In this document: piece after piece, positions 48,910 to 57,569 of the stretch
Layout of the letters: every line of letters starts with the position of its first letter
How positions within the stretch are numbered: the stretch's first letter is position 1
DNA from: Pontiella sp.
Lineage (GTDB): Bacteria > Verrucomicrobiota > Kiritimatiellia > Kiritimatiellales > Pontiellaceae
Assembly: GCA_050290185.1 (NCBI GenBank)
Contig: JBNKHE010000001.1
Span: 66,713-130,712 of the forward strand
Direction of reading: 5' to 3'
Length of the DNA stretch: 64,000 nucleotides
Program-made: the position numbers and the translations under genes
Notes under the pieces: model-generated
What the model saw: the letters and a program-made list of their open reading frames with translations, nothing else
Told to the model about the DNA's origin: nothing
Databases searched by the model: none

Positions 48910-50412
48910 CTATTGCCGGGCTTGGTGAACCTGCTCAAGAAATGCATGCGAATAGTAGGCGTTTACCTCTCTGTCATTTCGCTGCAACACCACTTTAATA
49001 TACCGATTCTCAAACCGGGCTTCCGTCGGCAACCCTTTCAGCACATAGGCATCGAACTCGGCATCTTCGCCGCATAGCAGGATATCGGGATGCCACGCAT
49101 AGAACACATCGCGGTTAAATGCCGTATGGTTCTTGTAACCGGTGCGCAGCCCCGGCGCATGGGCCATCGCCGTGGCATTAAGCCCCATTATATCGTAGAC
49201 GGTTCCCGGGTAGGCGTACTTAAAGCCCCCTGCTGTAATGGTTGCCACTGAAGGCAGGGCCTCCAAATCATTGAACATGAATTCCAGTGCAGTTCCGGTC
49301 TCCCGCCCCTCGCGGGCAATGCGGAATTCATGCTTCATGTGCGCTGTTAGCGGGAAAAGCATCCAGCCGCACAGCACCAGAACCAGCAATACGGAACGGG
49401 CCCTCCTAGGCCTCATCCGTTCAAAGAGTACCGGCCATTCCGTTGCCGCCAGCACGCAAAGGAGAGGCCAGATCGGCTGATAGAAGCGGGCGCCGCCGAA
49501 GTGGTCGCCGCCCACCAGCACGGGGATCCCGATACCCGGTAGCAGGCATAGCGCAATCAGAGTGCCCTGGTCCAACCCGGCCCGCCAGTTCCGCAGCCCC
49601 CGCACCAGAATCCATCCCCAGGTGGCCATCGCCAAAAACACCACCGGACTTCCGAATATAAATTTTAATATATACCCCGTTCCGTTCCACAGATTAACGG
49701 AGAGACTCGGAGAAACCTTCGCGTAGAAGGTATTCGGCACCGGATAGCCAAAGTAATGGATTCTAAACGCAATCAAAGCCACCAATGCCAACGCAAAAAC
49801 AACTGCCGGAACCACGGCATACCTCAGTCCTTTTCTCCACCCTTCTGCTCCGGCCCCTGTCCATCCCATGAGCAGGATCAGCCACACCCCCCACACCATG
49901 GATTCGGGTCGCGTGATCACAAGCAAAGGCAGCATCAATGCAAACAGGATCCTGCGGCGGTCCACCACCGCCAATATCGCCAATGTCAGCAGCCGGCACC
50001 ACAGCCCCGTTTCCATCAGCGTCAACTGGCACCAGGCAAACCAGGCGGGAACCGAGGCCAGCAGGATCAGAAACAGCCATGGATTATCTACCCGCCGCAA
50101 ACACACCCAAACAATTGCAGCGCCGATCAACAGGTTGAACAGATAAAGCGGAAGTTCCACATGGTCGGTGACCCGGAATATACAGGCGCAGATCAGAGTC
50201 CAGAGCAACGAGGTGAACCCTTCCACCCGTTCGCTGCCAATGTTGTAGACAAATCCATGTCCGTCCGCCCAGTGGCGGGCATACACAAAAAAGATATCGG
50301 CATCATCGATCCCCGTCGCCGGCCGGCTCAGCAGCAACCACGTCAGCCCACTCCCGATCAGCACCGTCAACAATGCAATCATCGGTAATTTGAATGTAGA
50401 GGAGTCGTTCAT
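48910..50412 (-). CDS. GT-C-like polytopic membrane protein (AftB-like glycosyltransferase)
   Basis: DDA.IF..YA.....GHG.VYN..ERVEGFTS.LW, TRPE, PNTFYAK, GGD, D.MGL. Confidence 0.7.
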   Translation of the reverse strand: MNDSSTFKLPMIALLTVLIGSGLTWLLLSRPATGIDDADIFFVYARHWADGHGFVYNIGSERVEGFTSLLWTLICACIFRVTDHVELPLYLFNLLIGAAIVWVCLRRVDNPWLFLILLASVPAWFAWCQLTLMETGLWCRLLTLAILAVVDRRRILFALMLPLLVITRPESMVWGVWLILLMGWTGAGAEGWRKGLRYAVVPAVVFALALVALIAFRIHYFGYPVPNTFYAKVSPSLSVNLWNGTGYILKFIFGSPVVFLAMATWGWILVRGLRNWRAGLDQGTLIALCLLPGIGIPVLVGGDHFGGARFYQPIWPLLCVLAATEWPVLFERMRPRRARSVLLVLVLCGWMLFPLTAHMKHEFRIAREGRETGTALEFMFNDLEALPSVATITAGGFKYAYPGTVYDIMGLNATAMAHAPGLRTGYKNHTAFNRDVFYAWHPDILLCGEDAEFDAYVLKGLPTEARFENRYIKVVLQRNDREVNAYYSHAFLEQVHQARQ

Positions 50413-50415
50413 GGA

Positions 50416-50898
50416 TTATTCATTGTGGTATGGATGGCCTTCCACCACCGTGAAGGCCCGGTACAACCCTTCGAGCAGGACAATGCGTGCCACACCTCCG
50501 GCCATCACCAGCGATGACAACGACCAAACTGCGTCGGCCTTTTGACGGACGACATCGGCCAGCCCCAACGCGCCTCCGACCACAACCACGATCCGCCGTT
50601 TGCCGGCCAGGGGGTGATCGCCGCTGCGCGAAGCATGGATAAGTTCCGCCATCTGCGGGGTTTTGATCGCTTGGCCGCGCTCGTCGCATGCCACCAGATA
50701 GTCGCCGTTCTTCTGCAACTTGAAGATACGCTCGGCTTCGGTCTGTTTGGTCTGCTCCGGTGTACGCGATGAAACCTTTTCATCCTTGTATTCCATCACC
50801 TCGACGCCAAAGGACTTCAATCTTCTGACGTACTCGTCCTGAGCCGCCGTCAGCGCCTTGGGTTTGATCTTTCCGGGTAGCAGTACACAAATTTTCAT
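50416..50898 (-). CDS. rlmH: 23S rRNA pseudouridine-1915 methyltransferase RlmH
   Basis: GK.K, Y..RL, DERG, VGGALGL, SLS.L, LLE.LYRA.....GHPYH. Confidence 0.9.
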   Translation of the reverse strand: MKICVLLPGKIKPKALTAAQDEYVRRLKSFGVEVMEYKDEKVSSRTPEQTKQTEAERIFKLQKNGDYLVACDERGQAIKTPQMAELIHASRSGDHPLAGKRRIVVVVGGALGLADVVRQKADAVWSLSSLVMAGGVARIVLLEGLYRAFTVVEGHPYHNE

Positions 50899-50929
50899 GT
50901 CCTCGGTTTATGCCCTAAACCCGTCACCG

Positions 50930-50969
50930 AAAAAAGCAAAAGCCGGGCTCCAAAATCCAGAACCCGGCT
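50930..50969 (-). terminator. Intrinsic terminator of the nfeD-qmcA-zinc ribbon operon
   Basis: Minus strand AGCCGGGTTC...GAGCCCGGCT followed by TTTGCTTTTTT. Confidence 0.7.
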
Positions 50970-50986
50970 CAATCCGCCAGACCTGC

Positions 50987-51343
50987 CTAGCGACGGAAAG
51001 GAATGGATGGACTTCCGGATGGATGCTGCGGGAACGAATTAAAGCCTCGGTTCACGCTGTGGAACCCCGGAAGGAACACCCCGAAAAAGATGAATAGAAA
51101 AATGATCGCACCAATGATGGCCGAGATCACCTTCCATCCGGCATATAGCTTCACTCCTTCATTCAGAGTCTTGTCCAGATCGTCGCTCTTCATGAAGCTT
51201 TTTGCCCAGCCGGACGGCGTGTCGTTGTCCGGATTGTTGTAATGCGTTTTCCGCGGAGCTTCCACCCACTCACCGCAATGCATGCATTTGAGTGCCTGGT
51301 CTTCAATCTCGGCGCAGCAGTATGGACACTTTTTCATCTTCAT
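50987..51343 (-). CDS. Zinc-ribbon membrane protein
   Basis: KKCPYC.AEI...A.KC.HCGEW plus a C-terminal TM. Confidence 0.82.
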   Translation of the reverse strand: MKMKKCPYCCAEIEDQALKCMHCGEWVEAPRKTHYNNPDNDTPSGWAKSFMKSDDLDKTLNEGVKLYAGWKVISAIIGAIIFLFIFFGVFLPGFHSVNRGFNSFPQHPSGSPSIPFRR

Positions 51344-51359
51344 CTTCCTTCCTGCGGTT

Positions 51360-52277
51360 TTATTTTCCGACCGTGCCGATGACCTGCTTGGCGGTTGCAA
51401 CGAGGCCGGCGACATCGGACAGGTTGGAGGGAATGATCATGGTATTGTTCGTCTTGGCGAGATTGCCGAACTCGTTGATGTATTGCTCCGCAATCCGCAG
51501 GTTCACCGCATCGGATCCGCCTTCGGCATTGATCGACTTCGCGATTGCCGTAATTCCTTCGGCCGTGGCCATGGCGACGGCGCGGATTTCGGCGGCGCGA
51601 CCATCGGCTTCGTTGATGCGTTTCATCTTTTCCCCTTCGGAGCGGGCAATGGCGGCCTGCCTTTCCCCCTCGGCGGAATTGATCTGAGCCTGCCGCTCGC
51701 CTTCGGACTCGGCGATCACGGCACGTTTCTCGCGCTCGGCCTTCATCTGCTTTTCCATGGCCTCCTTGATGCTCTGCGGCGGCGTGATGTTTTTCACTTC
51801 GTAACGGGTCACCTTGACCCCCCACGGATCGGATGCCATGTCGACGGCCTGCACGATGGCCCCGTTGATCGAATCGCGTTCCTCGAACGTCTTGTCGAGG
51901 TCCAGCTTGCCGATCACGGAACGCATGGTGGTCTGGGCCAGCTGTGTCGAGGCGAAGCTATAGTTGCCAATGCCATAGGAGGCATTTTTGGGATCCATTA
52001 CCTGCATGTAGAGAATCCCGTCCACCTCCACCGAAATGTTGTCTTTGGTGATACACATCTGCGGCGCTACGTCCACCGCCTGTTCCTTGAGCGTGTGCTT
52101 GTAGGCCACCTTGTCGATGAACGGAATCAGGATATGCATTCCAGCCTCGAGGGTTTTGCTGTACTTGCCCAATCGCTCAATAATGAATGCCTGCCGCTGA
52201 GGCACGATCTGCATCGTCTTGATAATCGAAATAACAACGAATGCGACGATGATTCCTACAATGATTAATTGACCCAT
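51360..52277 (-). CDS. qmcA: SPFH/stomatin-like protein (QmcA/paraslipin)
   Basis: VPQ..A.IIERLGKY, ITKDN, QTTMRS.IG, WGVKVTRYE, QMKAER.KRA. Confidence 0.92.
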   Translation of the reverse strand: MGQLIIVGIIVAFVVISIIKTMQIVPQRQAFIIERLGKYSKTLEAGMHILIPFIDKVAYKHTLKEQAVDVAPQMCITKDNISVEVDGILYMQVMDPKNASYGIGNYSFASTQLAQTTMRSVIGKLDLDKTFEERDSINGAIVQAVDMASDPWGVKVTRYEVKNITPPQSIKEAMEKQMKAEREKRAVIAESEGERQAQINSAEGERQAAIARSEGEKMKRINEADGRAAEIRAVAMATAEGITAIAKSINAEGGSDAVNLRIAEQYINEFGNLAKTNNTMIIPSNLSDVAGLVATAKQVIGTVGK

Positions 52278-52289
52278 TCTCTTTCCTCC

Positions 52290-52727
52290 CTATTTGCTTT
52301 TAACCACCAGCGTCAGACTTTTCTGACCCACCACTTCAATCACGTGTCCAACTTCGAGTGTTTCCTCCGACTCCGCCTTCCAATCCGTACCGTGCAGTTT
52401 CACCTTACCCGGCACTTCCGGTGTGATGCGCTCGCTGACCTTCCCTTCTTCTCCGGCCAGGGTTTCGGTCAGGGCATCTTTCGAAGTTGCCGATGTGCCC
52501 CCGGTAAAAACCGGCTTAAGGAGTCGGCGCAATCCAAACAACGAGATAAGAGACGCCGCGGCAAAGATCCCCAGCTCAACGGAAAGGGGGGTTGGAAGCA
52601 GCCAGGATATCAGGGCCGTGAACAGCGCACCGAGTCCGAAGAAAAAAAGAATCAGGCCGGGAACTGCAAACTCGCAGATCATTAGGATTATGCCCGTCAG
52701 GGCCCACCAAAACGCAGCGCTAAACAT
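52290..52727 (-). CDS. NfeD family protein
   Basis: TM segments then OB-like GKVKLHGTDWKA; immediately upstream of the SPFH gene. Confidence 0.9.
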   Translation of the reverse strand: MFSAAFWWALTGIILMICEFAVPGLILFFFGLGALFTALISWLLPTPLSVELGIFAAASLISLFGLRRLLKPVFTGGTSATSKDALTETLAGEEGKVSERITPEVPGKVKLHGTDWKAESEETLEVGHVIEVVGQKSLTLVVKSK

Positions 52728-52853
52728 GTCACCCTCCTTTGGGTTTTTCCGATCGGCCATTCCGTCGGCTCTTCCATGGTCGAAAATTTATGTCATGTTG
52801 CAGAAAACTTCGATTACAAAAACATGAGACCTTTGCAACGGATTAGAAGACGG

Positions 52854-52889
52854 AAAAGAAAAAGCCGGCTCCCTGTTGGGGCCGGCTTT
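52854..52889 (-). terminator. Intrinsic terminator
   Basis: AAAGCCGGC(T)CC-ctgtt-GGGGCCGGCTTT with an A-run on the plus strand. Confidence 0.75.
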
Positions 52890-52914
52890 ATCAGGTCGAC
52901 TCTATGGCTTGGCG

Positions 52915-53730
52915 CTAGACGCCGCTGAAGGCTTCGAAGCCACCATCAACGGGAATCACGACACCCGTCACGAATTTAGCGGCGTCGGAAATGAGGTAGT
53001 GAATGGTGCCGTAGACTTCATCCTGAGTGCCAAAACGGCGGAACGGCGTCTTGTTGATCACCTGCTGGCCGCGGGCGGTGTAGGAACCGTCCTCGTTGAG
53101 CAGCAGCGCCCGGTTCTGGTTGCCAATGAAGAAGCCGGGGGCCAGTGCGTTGACGCGGATTCGGTCGCCATACTTGATGGCCATTTCGGTGGCCATCCAG
53201 CGGGTAAAATTATCGATCGCGGCCTTGGCGTTGGAATAGCCGAGTACGCGGGTCATGGCGTTCTTGGACGACATGGAGGAAAAGTTGACCACGCAACCGG
53301 ATTTCTGGGCCTTGAACGCCTTGGCGAAGGTCATGGTTGGCATGACCGTGCCCTTGAGGTTGAGGTCGAGCACCTTGGAATAGTCCTCGATCTTGAGGTC
53401 GAACACGTCCTGGTCGGGCCCGATGGTCGCTCCGGGCATGTTTCCGCCGGCGCCGTTGACCAACACATCGATGCGACCGCAGGTATCCATCACTTTTGTG
53501 TAGACTTCGTCGAGCACCTCCTGCTGAAGCACGTTGCAGGCAAAGCCGCAGCATTTGTCGGAAATCTTCCTGGCTTCCTCAACGGTCTCATCGACCTTGT
53601 CCTGGAACAGGTCGAGATAGACCACAAAGGCCCCTTGCTCCTGCAGATATTTGGCGGTTCCACCAGCCAGCACACCCGCGGCCCCTGTAACGGCAATGAC
53701 TTTATCCTGAATATTGAAAAGGTCATTCAT
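52915..53730 (-). CDS. SDR oxidoreductase, UxuB (D-mannonate/fructuronate reductase)-like
   Basis: TGAAGVL, NGAGGN.PGAT, YSNAKAA, APGFF..QNR.LL, VDGGF.AFSGV. Confidence 0.8.
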   Translation of the reverse strand: MNDLFNIQDKVIAVTGAAGVLAGGTAKYLQEQGAFVVYLDLFQDKVDETVEEARKISDKCCGFACNVLQQEVLDEVYTKVMDTCGRIDVLVNGAGGNMPGATIGPDQDVFDLKIEDYSKVLDLNLKGTVMPTMTFAKAFKAQKSGCVVNFSSMSSKNAMTRVLGYSNAKAAIDNFTRWMATEMAIKYGDRIRVNALAPGFFIGNQNRALLLNEDGSYTARGQQVINKTPFRRFGTQDEVYGTIHYLISDAAKFVTGVVIPVDGGFEAFSGV

Positions 53731-53795
53731 CTCATCTCCCGCAAATCTCAAAGGTTGTAGATATGAGCATATTGCATCTCCCAAGGCAAGCGAAT

Positions 53796-54422
53796 CTACT
53801 CGTTCCCCCTCACCATCGGAACAAAACGCACATATATATCGGGTATCTCATTGAAGCTTCCGTCGGCCTTTTCGAGGATGACCAGTTGCTGGATGCCAGA
53901 GCCCACCGGAAGGATCATCCTTCCTCCATCCCTGAGCTGTTGCTTGAGTGCCGTCGGAATTTCGCTCGGCGCGCAGGTGACGATGATGGCATCGAACGGC
54001 GCATGCTCCAGCCAACCTTCGTAGCCATCGCCGCATTTGACCGTCACCCTCCCGTAGCCTTCCGCCGCCAAAACCTTTTTAGCATGATCCGCGAGCGAGG
54101 GCACTACCTCTATGCTGAACACCGTGGCGCCTATTTCCGAAAGTATTGCAGCCTGATAGCCCGAACCCGTTCCGACTTCCAGAATCTTCATACCCGGCTT
54201 CACATCGATACGCTGGGTCATGTAGGCCACGATGAAGGGTTGGGAGATCGTCTGCCCGTGGCCGATCGGACAGGGATGGTCGCCGTAGGGATCGACCCGA
54301 TCGCGGAGCTCGGCGGGTATGTACACATGCCGCCGCACCTGTTCCATGGCGGCCAGAACACGCTCGTCATGGATCTTGTAGTGCCGGAGAACGTCCACCA
54401 TTGCCTTGCGTTCAGCATCCAT
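53796..54422 (-). CDS. pcm: Protein-L-isoaspartate O-methyltransferase
   Basis: GQTISQPFIVA.MT, LEVGTGSGYQAA, APFDAIIVT, VRFVPM. Confidence 0.95.
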   Translation of the reverse strand: MDAERKAMVDVLRHYKIHDERVLAAMEQVRRHVYIPAELRDRVDPYGDHPCPIGHGQTISQPFIVAYMTQRIDVKPGMKILEVGTGSGYQAAILSEIGATVFSIEVVPSLADHAKKVLAAEGYGRVTVKCGDGYEGWLEHAPFDAIIVTCAPSEIPTALKQQLRDGGRMILPVGSGIQQLVILEKADGSFNEIPDIYVRFVPMVRGNE

Positions 54423-54456
54423 CTCCGCCTCCTCTGCCGGACAGCCGGATGTCAGC

Positions 54457-54759
54457 CTATTGGCTTTGCTTCGCGATCACGCTGTTGACCTTGTCTTCAA
54501 GCGACTGTTCCCGATCGTTCCGGGTTCCCAGCTTGATATTGGTATGAATCCGCGGAGCACCCATCCCGTGTACCTTTTCATGGCATGCCTTGATCGCGGC
54601 GAACACGTCGTCCCACTCGCCTTCGATATTGGTTCCGTTGGCATGCAGCTGGGTCTTCAGCCCGGGCCGGTTTAGGATTTCTTCGCAGGCGGCCACATAC
54701 TTGGAGAGAGACACGCCCACGCCAATCGGAACCACGGTTAAATCAACGATAACCTTCAT
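54457..54759 (-). CDS. MTH1187 family thiamine-binding protein
   Basis: VVPIG.GVSLSKYVA, GTNIEGEWD, GAPRI. Confidence 0.9.
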   Translation of the reverse strand: MKVIVDLTVVPIGVGVSLSKYVAACEEILNRPGLKTQLHANGTNIEGEWDDVFAAIKACHEKVHGMGAPRIHTNIKLGTRNDREQSLEDKVNSVIAKQSQ

Positions 54760-56549
54760 GCCTTTTCCTCCTCATCCGTCCACACCGATTTTTGCCATTT
54801 CCGGACCGAATTAACCAGAAAAACCTCACTCGCCGAGCGCAGGTCCTCGATGGAAACAATCCCCTCTTCGATCTCGCCGTTTTTCAGTAAATGTTCCCGG
54901 AAGGTTCCGGCCAGCAGGCCGCATTCGACCGGCGGCGTGATGAGCTTGCCGTTCTTTCGGACCACAACGTTTGCGATACACCCTTCCGTCACCTCGCCGC
55001 GTTCGTTCCACAGAATCACCTCGTCGCAATCCGGAAAATCGGCCTTCGCTTTTTCATAGACATCGCGATGGGTGGTTTTGTGGCACAGGAATACGTCCTG
55101 CGGATCAATCGGCTCTTTCGAGAGAGCAATCTTCAAGGTAGGGACAGCTGTCCCAGCCGTCCGCGGCGCAACGGGAAAACTCTGCACCTCACACATACCG
55201 TCCCGGGAAACCAGCAATCTCAGACGCCTAGGCGATTCATCGAATTCCGAAACCACTCGGTCCAGCTCTTCCTGAATGGCATAGACATCCAGTGGAACAT
55301 CGAAATAGGCCGCCGATTTCCCCAATCGTTGCATATGCTCGTTCAACAAAAATATTCCACTGCCAGGCTCCCACAGCATGGTTTCGAGCAGCTGGAACTC
55401 CGGTCTTGGTTGCGTCAGCACCCGCGCCTTGGTCAGTGTTTCCTCGTATTCGGCTTCCGCGTCGGAATCCCATACGATGCCGCCGCCGACGCCGTATTCC
55501 AGCGTGCCGGCCTCGCGATCGATCAGCGCGGTCCGGATCGCCACATTGAAGCACGCCTCGCCTTGCGGCGTAATGAAGCCCATGCTGCCGGTGTAGATTT
55601 TCCGCGGGGTCGTTTCCAGCCCTGTGATGATCTCCATCGTCTTCGCCTTCGGCGCACCCGTGATGGACGCGCAGGGGAAAAGCGCACGAAACAGGTCTGT
55701 GAACGTAGACGCGCCGCCCTCCTCGCGTTCGCCCGATGCGTTATGACGCGACGAGGGCGTCGCGTCTACGACTCCTTGCACCGTGGAGGTCATCTGCCAG
55801 ACGGTGGGATATTTTTCGACATCGTATTTGCTGACCGTTTCGACGCTTCCCGGCTCGGCGATCCGGCCGATATCGTTGCGGATCATGTCGACGATCATGA
55901 TGTTTTCGGCGCGGTCCTTTTCCGAATTCCGCAACATTTCCGCCTGTTTCCAATCCTCGGAAAAGGTTCGCCCGCGACGCGCCGTACCCTTCATCGGGCG
56001 CGAAACTATGCGGCCTTCATTGAAGCTGAAGAAGAGTTCGGGCGAAGCCGAGCAAATGCTAAAATCCTCGGCTTCCACATAGGCCGCATATTCCGTCTTC
56101 TGGCCTTTCACCAGTTCATGGAAAAACGCCCACGCATCGCCGGAAAAAGTCCCGTTCAAGCGATAGGTATAGTTCACCTGATAGGTCGCCCCCTCAGCAA
56201 TCCGCTCCTTGATTTCGCCGATAGCCTCAACAAAATCGTTTTCCGAGACCGAAGGAATCAGCTCGCCCACATCAAACGAAGCCGTCGGAGCCTCCTCGAT
56301 CTCCTCCAGCACCTCCGGCGCATGGAAAAGCCCGAGACAAAGGACCGGAAATCCTTCGGAGGGCAGGGTTTTCAGGGCGGAGTCGAAGGCGGGAGCCGCC
56401 TCGTAGGAAACAAAACCGGCGGCAAACAAGCCGGATTCCTCCGCCTCGCGCACCATCGGCAAGACCTCCTCGATCAGCTCCGTGCGAAGCACCTTTTTCG
56501 GCTGGCTGAAATGGAGCCAACGCCCCGCATGCTTGAGTACTACTTTCAT
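54756..56549 (-). CDS. pabB: Aminodeoxychorismate synthase component I fused to a PabC-like class IV aminotransferase domain
   Basis: YQVNYT, SPELF, PMKGT, KDRAEN.MIVD..RND, FPCASITGAPK, NVAIRT, GGGI.WDS; C-terminal HKTT, EG.IAN, G.L.GT.R. Confidence 0.93.
   Translation of the reverse strand: MKVVLKHAGRWLHFSQPKKVLRTELIEEVLPMVREAEESGLFAAGFVSYEAAPAFDSALKTLPSEGFPVLCLGLFHAPEVLEEIEEAPTASFDVGELIPSVSENDFVEAIGEIKERIAEGATYQVNYTYRLNGTFSGDAWAFFHELVKGQKTEYAAYVEAEDFSICSASPELFFSFNEGRIVSRPMKGTARRGRTFSEDWKQAEMLRNSEKDRAENIMIVDMIRNDIGRIAEPGSVETVSKYDVEKYPTVWQMTSTVQGVVDATPSSRHNASGEREEGGASTFTDLFRALFPCASITGAPKAKTMEIITGLETTPRKIYTGSMGFITPQGEACFNVAIRTALIDREAGTLEYGVGGGIVWDSDAEAEYEETLTKARVLTQPRPEFQLLETMLWEPGSGIFLLNEHMQRLGKSAAYFDVPLDVYAIQEELDRVVSEFDESPRRLRLLVSRDGMCEVQSFPVAPRTAGTAVPTLKIALSKEPIDPQDVFLCHKTTHRDVYEKAKADFPDCDEVILWNERGEVTEGCIANVVVRKNGKLITPPVECGLLAGTFREHLLKNGEIEEGIVSIEDLRSASEVFLVNSVRKWQKSVWTDEEEKA
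55138..55162 (+). repeat. GTAG-type REP palindrome inside the pabB-pabC CDS
   Basis: GTAG-GGACAGCTG-TCC-CAGCCGTCC. Confidence 0.7.
55704..55770. repeat. Inverted REP doublet (REPIN-like) inside the pabB CDS
   Basis: 25-bp arms 55704-55728 and 55746-55770 match at 23/25; consensus GTAG-ACGCGACG-CCCT-CGTCGCGT. Confidence 0.85.
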
Positions 56550-56645
56550 TTTGATCGGCTTCCTTATGCTGGCTCCATGATCGGCGCCGAACATCACATA
56601 TTTCCCTTGCCCTACAAAGCCGTTTATCACCAAATAGCTGATTCC

Positions 56646-57566
56646 ATGGAGACCAGCAAAACACAACAGATAAAGGGCATAGTATTCAACATCCAACGGT
56701 TTTCGCTCCACGACGGGCCGGGGATACGTACAACGGCTTTCCTGAAAGGTTGTCCGTTGAACTGCCGCTGGTGCCACAATCCCGAGGGTATTTTTGACCA
56801 ACCGGAACTTCTCTACTCGCAAGACCGGTGTACCGGATGTGGCGCCTGCATTCCGGTTTGCCCAGAAAACGCCATCACTCCGCGCCGGGATACCGTGCAG
56901 ATTTGGGAGGTATGCACCCATTGCGGATTGTGTGTCGATGCCTGTCCCGAGCAGGCGCTGGAAATGTCGGGACGGATCACGAACTCGGAGGCGGTTGCCA
57001 ACGAGCTGGCCCGCGACCTCATCTTCTACGAGGAATCCGGCGGTGGCATTACCCTCTCCGGCGGAGAACCGCTGGCCCAGCCGGACTTTGCCATCGATAT
57101 CCTCCGGCGGTGCAAGGAAGGCGGCCTGCATACGGCGCTCGACACCACCGGCTTCGTGGACTCCGACATTCTCCTTGCCGCCGCCCCCTTCACCGACCTG
57201 TTCCTGTACGACTTCAAGCACCCGGTTTCGACCGCCCATGAGCAATATACGGATGTTCCGAATGAACTGATTATTCAAAACCTGAAAACGCTCTGTTTGC
57301 GCGGCGAGAACGTGCTGGTTCGCCAACCGATCGTCCCAGGTTTCAACGATGCCCCCGAAGTCGTCGAACGTACCGGGGAAACATTGGTGGCCTGCGGTGT
57401 CGAGCGGTTGGAAATCCTTTCCTACCACACGTTCGGAAGAAGCAAGCACGGCAAAGTGATCCGAGGCACTTCAGTAATGGATTGGGCGGTTCCTTCTTCC
57501 GAGCAAATGCTTGCAATCCAAGCCATTCTTGGCAAATTCCCGTTCGAAACCCTTATTGGAGAGTAA
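56646..57566 (+). CDS. Glycyl-radical enzyme activating enzyme (radical SAM with ferredoxin insert)
   Basis: HDGPGIRTT.FLKGCPLNCRWCHNPE, CTGCGAC...CP, CTHCGLC...CP, GGITLSGGEP. Confidence 0.95.
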   Translation: METSKTQQIKGIVFNIQRFSLHDGPGIRTTAFLKGCPLNCRWCHNPEGIFDQPELLYSQDRCTGCGACIPVCPENAITPRRDTVQIWEVCTHCGLCVDACPEQALEMSGRITNSEAVANELARDLIFYEESGGGITLSGGEPLAQPDFAIDILRRCKEGGLHTALDTTGFVDSDILLAAAPFTDLFLYDFKHPVSTAHEQYTDVPNELIIQNLKTLCLRGENVLVRQPIVPGFNDAPEVVERTGETLVACGVERLEILSYHTFGRSKHGKVIRGTSVMDWAVPSSEQMLAIQAILGKFPFETLIGE

Positions 57567-57569
57567 GCC

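Noticed and set aside
54756..57566. Two overlapping ~890-aa ORFs on opposite strands, suggesting giant fusions
   Set aside because: Each is a real gene (pabB from 56549; activase from 56646) extended by stop-free antisense of the divergent neighbour. The extensions carry no motifs.
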